A DNA stretch of 9,278 nucleotides from a virus (taxonomy: Duplodnaviria; Heunggongvirae; Uroviricota; Caudoviricetes), in the IMG/VR virus record IMGVR_UViG_2690316243_000015, positions 1 to 9,278 of that record. One strand, written 5' to 3'. The notes beneath the pieces were generated by a model. It was not told the DNA's origin. It searched no databases and worked only from the letters and a program-made list of their open reading frames with translations. Positions 1-6,985 of the stretch are shown piece by piece; positions within the stretch are counted from its first letter, which is position 1; each line of letters begins with the position of its first letter. Position numbers and translations under genes: made by a program.

Positions 1-351
1 TCACGGCGCAGAAGTGTACCAACCGAAACTTGTTAACCCGGCATCGCAGCGCTCACGATTAAGCACACGTGGCGGGTTTTCTCTGGTCATCAACTCAAGC
101 AAGGCATTGCCTCCCTGCGTCTCTAGGCGGTATTGCCTATCGGTAGTGGTAATGGCATCCGGCAATAACTTTATGGCGGCCTGGCTAAAGTCTCGCGGTG
201 CGCCGTAAAATTGCGCATCAACAATATGAACCACATCGCCGTTAATCGTTGTCCGATAACGGTCTGGCTGTATGGTAAAGCCCCCACAATGGATAGCAGA
301 TAGTGCCGGTGCCGAGGAGATCAGGCCGGCTGCCAGAATGTATGGCTTCAT
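1..351 (-). CDS. Putative exported protein, partial (C-terminus lies beyond the window start); N-terminal signal-peptide-like segment
   Basis: ORF-track ORF 1..351; N-terminus MKPYILAAGLISSAPALSAIHC has a basic n-region, hydrophobic core and ALSA-type cleavage context. Start ATG (349-351) overlaps the stop of the upstream peptidase gene as ATGA. No recognised family. Confidence 0.4.
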   Translation of the reverse strand: MKPYILAAGLISSAPALSAIHCGGFTIQPDRYRTTINGDVVHIVDAQFYGAPRDFSQAAIKLLPDAITTTDRQYRLETQGGNALLELMTRENPPRVLNRERCDAGLTSFGWYTSAP

Positions 352-989
352 TCTTCACCCACCAATTCATCCAGTTCAGCCAGCGTCATAGGCTTTGGTA
401 CAGGCTTGTCAATATCACCCATAATGCGCTGGAAGTTGCTGGCAGGCATATGGTTACGGTTCTCCAGTATTTTCGCCAGCGCGATAACATCCCACCATTT
501 CAGGGCAATCAGCGCCTCAGCACGGGAAAGGGATATTCTCTGTATATCAGCATCCTCCCCACCAGCCACCCGGTATACCTCTGATAAATCACGAACATTT
601 TTCATGTCTGCTTTCCCGGACGTTTCCATCAGTGCGTTAATATCATCCCCCGTATAGCGTGATTGCGCGACGATACCAGCCAGAGAGATAACCATAGCCC
701 GGCATACCTGGTCTATCAGACGTAACCTGGTGTCATCATTCGAGAGGGTGTAAGACTTAACCTCAGCCACATTCCGTGGATAGTTGGCGTGCCATACCGC
801 GACAGCTCCACATTCATCAACATCGCCGCTAAGGTAGGTTTTTGCCACTCGGTTATTACCCGATAACGCAATTTCTACCTCCTGTATGCCGAAAAACCAT
901 GCGGCTATCGCATGACCTGCTTCATGTATTGCAAGATGTCTGGGCCAGCGATAGCTGCCGAACTCAATAATGATGGGTTGCGTACTCAT
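348..989 (-). CDS. HExxH zinc-metallopeptidase-like protein (FtsH/M41-like peptidase domain without an ATPase module)
   Basis: Motif AIHEAGHAIAAW resembles the FtsH YHEAGHA zinc site; downstream SLAGIVAQSRYTGDDIN loosely resembles the FtsH protease-domain LGGRAAE..TGA..D region. Start placed at ATG 987-989 (MSTQP...) because of a GAGGGAAG Shine-Dalgarno ~6 nt upstream; the ORF-track ORF extends to 1067 but that would overlap the upstream gene. Confidence 0.55.
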   Translation of the reverse strand: MSTQPIIIEFGSYRWPRHLAIHEAGHAIAAWFFGIQEVEIALSGNNRVAKTYLSGDVDECGAVAVWHANYPRNVAEVKSYTLSNDDTRLRLIDQVCRAMVISLAGIVAQSRYTGDDINALMETSGKADMKNVRDLSEVYRVAGGEDADIQRISLSRAEALIALKWWDVIALAKILENRNHMPASNFQRIMGDIDKPVPKPMTLAELDELVGEE

Positions 990-999
990 ATCTTCCCTC

Positions 1000-1434
1000 T
1001 CAGAATGGCGTTTCATCGTCGAATGGTGGGCGTTGGTCGTATTCATCACGGGATGGCTGCTGCGCACGTCTCAGCGCGTCCGTTGCCTGTCCCCGCTGTC
1101 CTGCCTTCCCGCCGGGGCGTACCGTTCTGGCGCTGATCACACTGTCGGCTACTACCTGATACCCCTGCTGTGTACCGCCGTCCTGCCCTGTCCACTGGTT
1201 GAGTTGCATATTGCCTGCCACGCTCACAAGGTCGCCTTTCTGGTGCTTTGCCAGCGCATCGGCCTGCTTCCCAAAAGCAATAACGCCCAGCCAGAAGGTT
1301 GACTCTCCCGCCTCTGCCGCATTACAGGGGAGAGACACCGCCAGCCGCGCCATAGCCATGTTGTTACCGTTCGTTGTGGTGCGGGTCTGGGGATCTGCCA
1401 CCAGCCGCCCGTATGCTGAAATTTGTGCTGTCAT
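1000..1434 (-). CDS. Divergent single-stranded DNA-binding protein (SSB-like OB fold with acidic C-terminal tail)
   Basis: Aligns by eye to E. coli SSB: [15 protein letters not shown] vs [40 protein letters not shown] vs [35 protein letters not shown] vs RKWTDQSGQ; C-terminus PPFDDETPF vs DFDDDIPF. GGAGAG Shine-Dalgarno 9 nt upstream; ATGA overlap with the upstream gene. Confidence 0.7.
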   Translation of the reverse strand: [144 protein letters not shown]

Positions 1435-1688
1435 GCTGTCTGCTCTCCGGTTTTAACGTTGATGGTTGTCACCTGTTCCGCTTCGGCAATCTCCCGTTCT
1501 GTCAGCGTGGCAAAATTTGCCGCCGCCGTTGTCATGAATGCGCTTATCAGTTCGGGATGTGCTTTTGCGTATCCTTCTCCCGTGTTGCGGTCGATGATTT
1601 TTATCGCCAACCTCAGCCAGTGCTCTGTAAGGTCAATAGTGCGGTTATGTGGTTTCTTCTGATTATTAAGTTTTCCTGATGTGTGCAT
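1431..1688 (-). CDS. Small hypothetical protein (85 aa from MHTSGK...; the ORF could start at 1748)
   Basis: ORF-track ORF 1431..1748; internal ATG at 1686-1688 has GAGGGGG ~13 nt upstream and avoids running into the iteron region. Stop overlaps the SSB start (ATGA). No recognised family. Confidence 0.45.
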   Translation of the reverse strand: MHTSGKLNNQKKPHNRTIDLTEHWLRLAIKIIDRNTGEGYAKAHPELISAFMTTAAANFATLTEREIAEAEQVTTINVKTGEQTA

Positions 1689-1737
1689 TTTTGTTTTTAC
1701 CCCCTCGTTTAAAAAGTTTTGAGTTGTACCTCCCCCC

Positions 1738-1967
1738 CCTCTACCCATCTACCCGAATGCTCCTCAGGTCAGTAATGGCGCGGCTTTCAGCGGGTAGATA
1801 GCTTTTTGGGCTCCTCTACCTGCCGTCTACCCGGCTACCTGAAATTGATAAAATCAGGTAGATGAGGTAGAGAGCTTTTGAACCCCCTCTACCTGCCATC
1901 TACCTGATATATTCTACTGAATAATATATATTTATTTACTTAAGGTAGAGGGGGGAGAGGGCTTTTG
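1738..1967. repeat. Iteron-like repeat array plus AT-rich tract; putative replication origin for the adjacent primase/helicase
   Basis: At least seven direct copies of (T)CTACC (at 1741, 1748, 1815, 1826, 1835, 1888, 1899) and four inverted GGTAGA (1793, 1857, 1866, 1944). Two ~28-bp units, GGTAGATAGCTTTTTGGGCTCCTCTACC (1793-1820) and GGTAGAGAGCTTTTGAACCCCCTCTACC (1866-1893), each carry internal inverted ends. A near-pure AT tract lies at ~1905-1943. Located in the only sizeable intergenic gap, immediately 3' of the primase gene. Confidence 0.55.
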
Positions 1968-1974
1968 CCAAAAA

Positions 1975-3729
1975 CTATAAAAACGCGTCGCAATCGTCTG
2001 TTGTTATTGCGTTAGTCTGCGTTACCCCCTTAATTTTCCGCGTAATATATTCATGTCCGTAAACTTTCGCCGCTGGCTTCATAGCTTTGCTGAACTCAGC
2101 TACGTTCAGCGGCTTGTTCCTGCCGGCATACGCCATAAACGCCAGATAGACGCGGTAAAGGCTGTTTCTGGTCGTGTACCTGGAAGAGTCACCGCCGCCG
2201 CCCATCATCAGGCCGCGTGCTTCTTCCAGAAAGTTAAGGAACTGGCAAAATTCAATAACCGGATCCGTCTGTTGCTTTATTGCCAGTGCTTCATCACCGT
2301 CACGCTGTTCCAGTAGTAAAGCCCGTGCCTTTTCAGGGTCGGCAAAGTTCGCCAGCAAGCGGCGGATAATGACTGGGATTTCAGCCGCGATTTTTTCCGG
2401 TAGTTCTCTGTCTTTTTCGGCCTCACTGACGATATTGTCGAAACGGAAAATCACGCGACGACGTGCCACGCCTCCGGCCCGTTCGGTGAATATCATCGGG
2501 TTGTTATTGGTTGCCAGCACAACCGCCCTGATTACCGCTGTGAAACGCTTCTCATATTTCGGGTTAATTTCCACGGGGTCGCCGCCAGTGATTTTCTTGA
2601 TGCCCGTGCCTTCGCCTGTATATTTCGGCTGGTCTGCCAGGACAATAAGCCGACTCCCGACAACCTGCGCACGTCCACCAGCATCATCAAGCGATGTCAT
2701 TTCAGCGCTTACCGTGTTCTGTTTCCCTGCCAGAAGGCTGGCTATGTGCGTGAAAGTGCTCTTGCCGCTCCCGCCGTCTCCGGTGGCCTCAATAAACATC
2801 TGCCAGTCGTGGCGGTTCGCCATAATCATGTACAGCGCGGCGCATATGCGCATCATCTTGTGCGGGTCTTTTCCGGCTGCATGTTCAAGCCATTTGTGGA
2901 AGTTCGGCGCGTTGTCGCGGATGTTTTCCCCTGGTACTGGTGGCGTGTATTCAATGCCGTTGTGTGTGGTGAGCCAGTTCTCCGGCTGGTGCGGTGAAAA
3001 TTCCCCCGTTATCAGGTTAAGCACACCATTGGCAAACGGCAGCAAATCACCGGACGGCTCGCCCATCGGGTCAGCAATAACTTTTAACGCTTCAACGGCG
3101 TTATTAATTGCCCGCTTGCTGAATGTGGCCCCGTGTTCTGAATAAACCGCCACCATTTCGCGGCTCAGTTCCATTGTGCTGACCGGACACCATACCCCGC
3201 CGCGCCATACGTGAACGATTTCACTTTCAGGATGCACGCAAACGCCATCAAAGCGATCGGCAAGCAGCTGCGCGCGCTCACTGTCCGCCATCTGCGAAAG
3301 TTGCGCCTTTTGCGTTACCGGAAGCTCAATCACCAGACCATCAGAAAGATTCTGGCGCTCACGGGCCAGATATTCGCGCCAGTTCTGCACCTCCTGGCCG
3401 TGCATACCCTCAGGATAAAAATTTGCATCCTGTACGCCTGCCGCCGCCAGCTTCTGACCAATCGCCTTGATCATTACAGGCTCAAGATGTCCGGCTCTGT
3501 ATATGCGTGCTGATTTTCTGCCATCCGGCACAATTTGCAGATTATCTAGTTCGGATAGCTGCTGCTCTCCAAGCCACACAGGAGGCTCATTATCTCCGGC
3601 TGTACGCGCGTCATGTTCCTGCCACTGTTTCGCGTGTGCCCAGGCATCACTACCCGCAAAAATGATCACTTCGGTTTGAGCGTGTTTTATTCCGCGTGGC
3701 TGTTTTTTTACGTTCGGTGCCAGTTTCAT
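1975..3729 (-). CDS. P4 alpha-type replication protein (phage/plasmid primase, P4-family C-terminal domain with SF3-type helicase Walker A GDGGSGKST)
   Basis: 584-aa ORF; Walker A TGDGGSGKSTF; later VVLATNNNP resembles SF3 helicase motif C; overall resemblance to P4-family primase C-terminal region. AGGGG Shine-Dalgarno 8 nt upstream; ATGA overlap with the upstream gene. Confidence 0.8.
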   Translation of the reverse strand: MKLAPNVKKQPRGIKHAQTEVIIFAGSDAWAHAKQWQEHDARTAGDNEPPVWLGEQQLSELDNLQIVPDGRKSARIYRAGHLEPVMIKAIGQKLAAAGVQDANFYPEGMHGQEVQNWREYLARERQNLSDGLVIELPVTQKAQLSQMADSERAQLLADRFDGVCVHPESEIVHVWRGGVWCPVSTMELSREMVAVYSEHGATFSKRAINNAVEALKVIADPMGEPSGDLLPFANGVLNLITGEFSPHQPENWLTTHNGIEYTPPVPGENIRDNAPNFHKWLEHAAGKDPHKMMRICAALYMIMANRHDWQMFIEATGDGGSGKSTFTHIASLLAGKQNTVSAEMTSLDDAGGRAQVVGSRLIVLADQPKYTGEGTGIKKITGGDPVEINPKYEKRFTAVIRAVVLATNNNPMIFTERAGGVARRRVIFRFDNIVSEAEKDRELPEKIAAEIPVIIRRLLANFADPEKARALLLEQRDGDEALAIKQQTDPVIEFCQFLNFLEEARGLMMGGGGDSSRYTTRNSLYRVYLAFMAYAGRNKPLNVAEFSKAMKPAAKVYGHEYITRKIKGVTQTNAITTDDCDAFL

Positions 3730-4025
3730 TTTTTACCCCTGAATGCGTTAAGCATGTTTTTCATTTCCTGAATATTTGCCCGCGCCTTTTCCCTGCTGGT
3801 GGACTGTTTGCGTGGCGCGGCCTGTACCAGCGAAAAATCACGCCGGAACTGATAAACAGGCATCACGCAATCATAGTCGTAGCCTTCACGGCGGTAAGTG
3901 ATGCGCCGTTCTGCCACGCCTTTAATCGTTACCGTACCGCCGTAGTTATCCCGGAAAATATCTCCGTGTCTGATTTCAGGCCGAGCGGGGCCGCTGGCAG
4001 TAAAGCCAGAATTTTTCTTTTTCAT
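3726..4025 (-). CDS. Small hypothetical protein (99 aa), paralogue of the 60-aa protein at 5270-5452
   Basis: Shared motif GGTVTIKGVAERRITYRREGYDYDCVMPVYQFRRDF vs GALVTVESVSHNRVTFYRDGYQSPCVQPLARFMKEF. AGGAAAA Shine-Dalgarno; stop overlaps the primase start. Confidence 0.55.
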   Translation of the reverse strand: MKKKNSGFTASGPARPEIRHGDIFRDNYGGTVTIKGVAERRITYRREGYDYDCVMPVYQFRRDFSLVQAAPRKQSTSREKARANIQEMKNMLNAFRGKK

Positions 4026-4029
4026 GGTT

Positions 4030-4230
4030 TTATTTTCCTGTCAGCAGTTCCGGTTTTATTTCCGCACGAATACAGAGTTCAGAAAAAAATTCAGGAGAAC
4101 CAACAATCTCATTACTTTTCAGTCGGCATTGTGATTTCACTTTCCCTTTATCCAGGTAAACCAGTACGCGTCCTGTATAATCTGACGGCACATTCAGCAC
4201 TACAGGTAAGTGCGCTTCATGATGATTCAT
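4030..4230 (-). CDS. Small hypothetical protein (66 aa), paralogue of the adjacent 71-aa protein
   Basis: YTGRVLVYLDKGKVKSQCRLKSNEIVGSPEFFSELCIRA aligns with FTGQLLVNVDKGRVVCNYHLPDEAIVATRESLQELAERA. GGGGGTGAG Shine-Dalgarno directly upstream of the ATG. Confidence 0.5.
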   Translation of the reverse strand: MNHHEAHLPVVLNVPSDYTGRVLVYLDKGKVKSQCRLKSNEIVGSPEFFSELCIRAEIKPELLTGK

Positions 4231-4432
4231 GTCTCACCCCCTGAATATTCGCGTTAATCATTCCGGCACGTTCTGCGAGTTCCTGTAATGATTCCCTTGT
4301 TGCGACAATTGCTTCATCTGGCAGGTGGTAATTACATACCACGCGACCTTTATCCACATTGACCAGTAGCTGCCCGGTAAATTTCTCACGAAACTGAATG
4401 CGGTTAAGGTCGGTAAGTGACAGATTAATCAT
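4217..4432 (-). CDS. Small hypothetical protein (71 aa), paralogue of the adjacent 66-aa protein
   Basis: See the paralogue alignment above; GGAGGT Shine-Dalgarno 7 nt upstream; 8-nt overlap with the upstream 283-aa gene and 14-nt overlap with the downstream 66-aa gene. Confidence 0.5.
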   Translation of the reverse strand: MINLSLTDLNRIQFREKFTGQLLVNVDKGRVVCNYHLPDEAIVATRESLQELAERAGMINANIQGVRHESS

Positions 4433-5276
4433 GGCCCACCTCCTGACGAATACGGGCGGCGAATACCATCACGCAGCCATCAGGAGATTGCTGGCGGGCT
4501 TCCTGTTCGCTGGTGGCCACGATGTGAATCACGCGCGGTTGTGCTGTGCTCAGGGCGATAAAGCGCCAGATAAAGGCAGTTTGAGAATGTATAAGGGTAG
4601 GGGTAGTAGCCATGTTGGCAGCCTCCTTCAGATAGCAGGTTACGCTACCACCGGAAACGCCAATTTCGCTGGTGGTAGCCCAGACAGGGTTGGCGTAACC
4701 GGCTCTGAAGGATACCGGCGCTTCCGAAGAAGCCCCCGCCTGAGCCACCATTGATTGACAAAGGCGCTGGATTATACACCAACGCCCAAAAAATGGGTGA
4801 GTCAGACCTACGACATAAAAAAAGACGCTCGGCGCGTCATATGTCGCCTTCAGAATTTTCAGGACGCCAATCCTGGCCCCCGTTTTATGAGGTGCCTTAT
4901 AACCATAAACCGTGTTGCCGCATAACGGCAAGCTCTTTTTTATGGACTCCGAAAACTCACTATTGGAAGAACCAGAGGCACAGTACATCGCGCTCATTTC
5001 GTTAACGTTGCGCATGCGGACGAAGATTTTTGTGGAGTCACTACGCGAGCAGAACAGGTCATCTACGACCAGAAATTCTCTGGCGCAGCCGCTGACCTTC
5101 TCAACGCTAATATCATCGCCCGAGATTTCTGGCATGGTTAAGGCATCCGTTCCGACCACCAGCAAATGATAAACTTTGTTTGTATCTGCTGTATTAATGC
5201 CTGACTTTGCCGCCATATTGCTGGATTTTGGCGACATGCCAGCCAGTGAAAATATCTTCTTCTGGGCGGTTAGCAT
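4425..5276 (-). CDS. Hypothetical protein (283 aa), function unknown
   Basis: Long ORF with GGAGG Shine-Dalgarno 7 nt upstream of the ATG at 5274-5276; start overlaps the stop of the upstream small gene (ATGCTAA). No motif I can assign with confidence. Confidence 0.6.
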   Translation of the reverse strand: MLTAQKKIFSLAGMSPKSSNMAAKSGINTADTNKVYHLLVVGTDALTMPEISGDDISVEKVSGCAREFLVVDDLFCSRSDSTKIFVRMRNVNEMSAMYCASGSSNSEFSESIKKSLPLCGNTVYGYKAPHKTGARIGVLKILKATYDAPSVFFYVVGLTHPFFGRWCIIQRLCQSMVAQAGASSEAPVSFRAGYANPVWATTSEIGVSGGSVTCYLKEAANMATTPTLIHSQTAFIWRFIALSTAQPRVIHIVATSEQEARQQSPDGCVMVFAARIRQEVGHD

Positions 5277-5452
5277 TTGTTAACCTCCGCGAACTCCTTC
5301 ATGAAACGTGCCAGCGGTTGCACGCATGGCGATTGATACCCGTCGCGATAAAACGTCACTCGGTTGTGAGACACGCTTTCGACAGTAACGAGTGCTCCGT
5401 GGGCATCTTTGTAGCGTTTTTGAGGTTGTGGTGTTCCTGTCGGCTTAAACAT
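5270..5452 (-). CDS. Small hypothetical protein (60 aa from MFKPTG...), paralogue of the 99-aa protein at 3726-4025
   Basis: ORF-track ORF extends to 5539, but the ATG at 5450-5452 has GGAGG 7 nt upstream and overlaps the AntA stop (ATGTTTAA), whereas the longer form would overlap AntA by ~95 nt. Shares the TFYRDGY..C..P..F motif with the 99-aa protein. Confidence 0.5.
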   Translation of the reverse strand: MFKPTGTPQPQKRYKDAHGALVTVESVSHNRVTFYRDGYQSPCVQPLARFMKEFAEVNKC

Positions 5453-6254
5453 GGACCGCCTCCAGACGCTTAGCGAGCCAGCGTTGCGACAGGCGGGTGA
5501 GTTCTCCTTTGCGCTGCTCATATTCCATGCCCATATCAATTAACGTGATATTGGTGCTTTCGAGATAGGCGAGGTGTTCAAGCTGTGCTGCGTTCATGCT
5601 GTCCCGTGGTTCGCCAGTAATGCCATTTGCCTGCGCCCACTGCTTCGCCGTCATGCCACCCAGCACGATACGGGCGATCATGTTGCTCTCGTTGCTGTAG
5701 TGGCGCTGCTGCGTCGTTTTGCCCATCTCGGCACGGGCCATATTCAGCGCATCGCACATTGGCTTAAAGTTGTTTGCGGCACTGAGACGGGCTTTTAGCT
5801 GGCGACGATAGCGGGCGGCGATTTCAGGCACGCTACGCTGTAATTCTTCCTCGCACTGGATGAAATAACGGCGGATAGCGCGGCCCTGCTCGTTGCGTTC
5901 AACCATTGCCACTTCTTTAGCCATATCCAGCGATAGCAGGTAATCATGCTCTATTTGCTGGCGAGTTTTTGCGCTCGCCCGTTTTGGCGTGCTCAAATTT
6001 TCAACACGGATAAAATCGGTTCCGGCAATAAAACCGTACTGGTCAATTCGGACTTTAATCCAGTTAGTAAAGTCGCGGCCCACCCCCAGCGCTTTATGCA
6101 ACGCCTTAGCGCTCACAATATTGGCTTCACGCCCGCCAATGCGTCCGGCAATAACGGGAACAATAGCGGCAAAGTCGTTGCCGTTAATTACTCCCGTGTT
6201 AACGTTGGGTTGCGGGGCGGCCCCCGAACTGAATCGGCTTTTTTCGATAGTCAT
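5445..6254 (-). CDS. AntA/AntB-family phage antirepressor-like protein
   Basis: SAKALHKALGVGRDFTNWIKVRIDQYGFIAGTDF and LSLDMAKEVAMVERNEQGRAIRRYFIQCEE match the conserved AntA-domain signature as I recall it. Start placed at ATG 6252-6254 (MTIEK...) with GGAG 8 nt upstream; the ORF-track start at 6314 would overlap the upstream gene. Confidence 0.6.
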   Translation of the reverse strand: MTIEKSRFSSGAAPQPNVNTGVINGNDFAAIVPVIAGRIGGREANIVSAKALHKALGVGRDFTNWIKVRIDQYGFIAGTDFIRVENLSTPKRASAKTRQQIEHDYLLSLDMAKEVAMVERNEQGRAIRRYFIQCEEELQRSVPEIAARYRRQLKARLSAANNFKPMCDALNMARAEMGKTTQQRHYSNESNMIARIVLGGMTAKQWAQANGITGEPRDSMNAAQLEHLAYLESTNITLIDMGMEYEQRKGELTRLSQRWLAKRLEAVHV

Positions 6255-6267
6255 ATTTTCGGCTCCG

Positions 6268-6699
6268 TTATGCGGCGGTGAGATTGTCCGGGTATAGATT
6301 GAGAATGTCGGCAATTTCAGGCTGAGAAAGTCCCTGATAGCCGCCAGCGTCGGCGTTATGGTTCACAAGCCGAATAACTTTTAGAACGTCACCGCGCCCG
6401 GTAAAGCGATAGCGTAAATGTGACCCTATCCCGTCGGGGTTCTTTTCGTCTATACGCTCAAGCTGAATATCAAGCCTGCGCTCTAACTCGCTGGCGTAGT
6501 TCCTTCCAGACGAAAGGCGGCAATAACGCAGAATGTCATTTTCTGTCCATCCCTCTATACCAGTACGCAGCATATAGACTCTGGCACGATGCTTTTTCGG
6601 TGTGCGCTTTGGTGCTTGAAGGGATTTTGTAAGGGGCGTAACATCAGATACGCGAATATCTGAATTAGCCGCCTGTAATGGGCGGTTTTTCTTTTCCAT
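6268..6699 (-). CDS. Hypothetical protein (143 aa), basic N-terminus, function unknown
   Basis: ORF with AAGGTGG Shine-Dalgarno; its ATG overlaps the AlpA stop by 1 nt (TGATG), indicating co-translation with alpA. No recognised family. Confidence 0.5.
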   Translation of the reverse strand: MEKKNRPLQAANSDIRVSDVTPLTKSLQAPKRTPKKHRARVYMLRTGIEGWTENDILRYCRLSSGRNYASELERRLDIQLERIDEKNPDGIGSHLRYRFTGRGDVLKVIRLVNHNADAGGYQGLSQPEIADILNLYPDNLTAA

Positions 6700-6902
6700 C
6701 AGGCCACCTTCCCGCGGCGTTCTGCCAGCCAGTTGTGAATCTCAACCGCATCAAACGCAGTTATTTTTTCTCCCAGCTTTACCGGACGTGGTAGTGAACC
6801 GTTTCTTACTTTACGGTCGATGGTGGATACACTAACGCCCAGCAATTCAGCCAGGCGGAAGCGTCTGATATAGCCTTTTGTAGGGATAGTGTCGATGTTC
6901 AT
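6699..6902 (-). CDS. alpA: AlpA/Vis-family transcriptional regulator / excision accessory protein (MerR-like HTH)
   Basis: 67 aa; IRRFRLAELLGVSVSTIDRKVRNGSLPRPVKLGEKITAFDAVEIHNWL fits the AlpA (CP4-57 regulatory protein) pattern of an HTH followed by P.P.KLG and a conserved W. Typical size and position next to a P4-type integrase. Confidence 0.8.
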   Translation of the reverse strand: MNIDTIPTKGYIRRFRLAELLGVSVSTIDRKVRNGSLPRPVKLGEKITAFDAVEIHNWLAERRGKVA

Positions 6903-6985
6903 GATTCCCGTAACCTCTTAGCGATAGTTGTTGCTTCGTTACGGGTATTTAATGGCGTGCACGCTCAAAAAGGAATGATCGTATT

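Noticed and set aside
1-351. Lipoprotein call for the truncated signal-peptide ORF
   Set aside because: The residues before the cysteine (A-I-H-C) do not fit the lipobox consensus [LVI][ASTVI][GAS]C; a type I signal peptide is more consistent.
348-1067. Longest-ORF starts for several minus-strand genes (348-1067, 1431-1748, 5270-5539, 5445-6314)
   Set aside because: The longer forms would overlap the upstream gene by tens of nucleotides and lack ribosome-binding sites. Internal ATGs with good Shine-Dalgarno spacing give compact, coupled genes. The 1748 start for the 85-aa gene remains possible.
1738-1967. CRISPR array
   Set aside because: Repeats are short (6-28 bp), irregularly spaced and in both orientations, with no uniform repeat-spacer periodicity and no cas genes. 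Iterons or an origin is the better explanation.
2174-3145. 323-aa plus-strand ORF, plus other plus-strand ORFs (for example 3696-4244, 4398-4754, 970-1302)
   Set aside because: All lie antisense to well-supported minus-strand genes with strong Shine-Dalgarno sites. They have low-complexity, Ser/Ala/Arg-rich translations typical of shadow ORFs in GC-rich coding DNA and no motifs.
4425-5276. Possible phosphoribosyltransferase-like PRPP motif ([16 protein letters not shown]) in the 283-aa protein
   Set aside because: Only the hydrophobic-VVDDL part resembles the type I PRT signature; the following glycine-rich loop (TGGT-like) is absent and the position in the protein is atypical. Too weak to call without a profile search.
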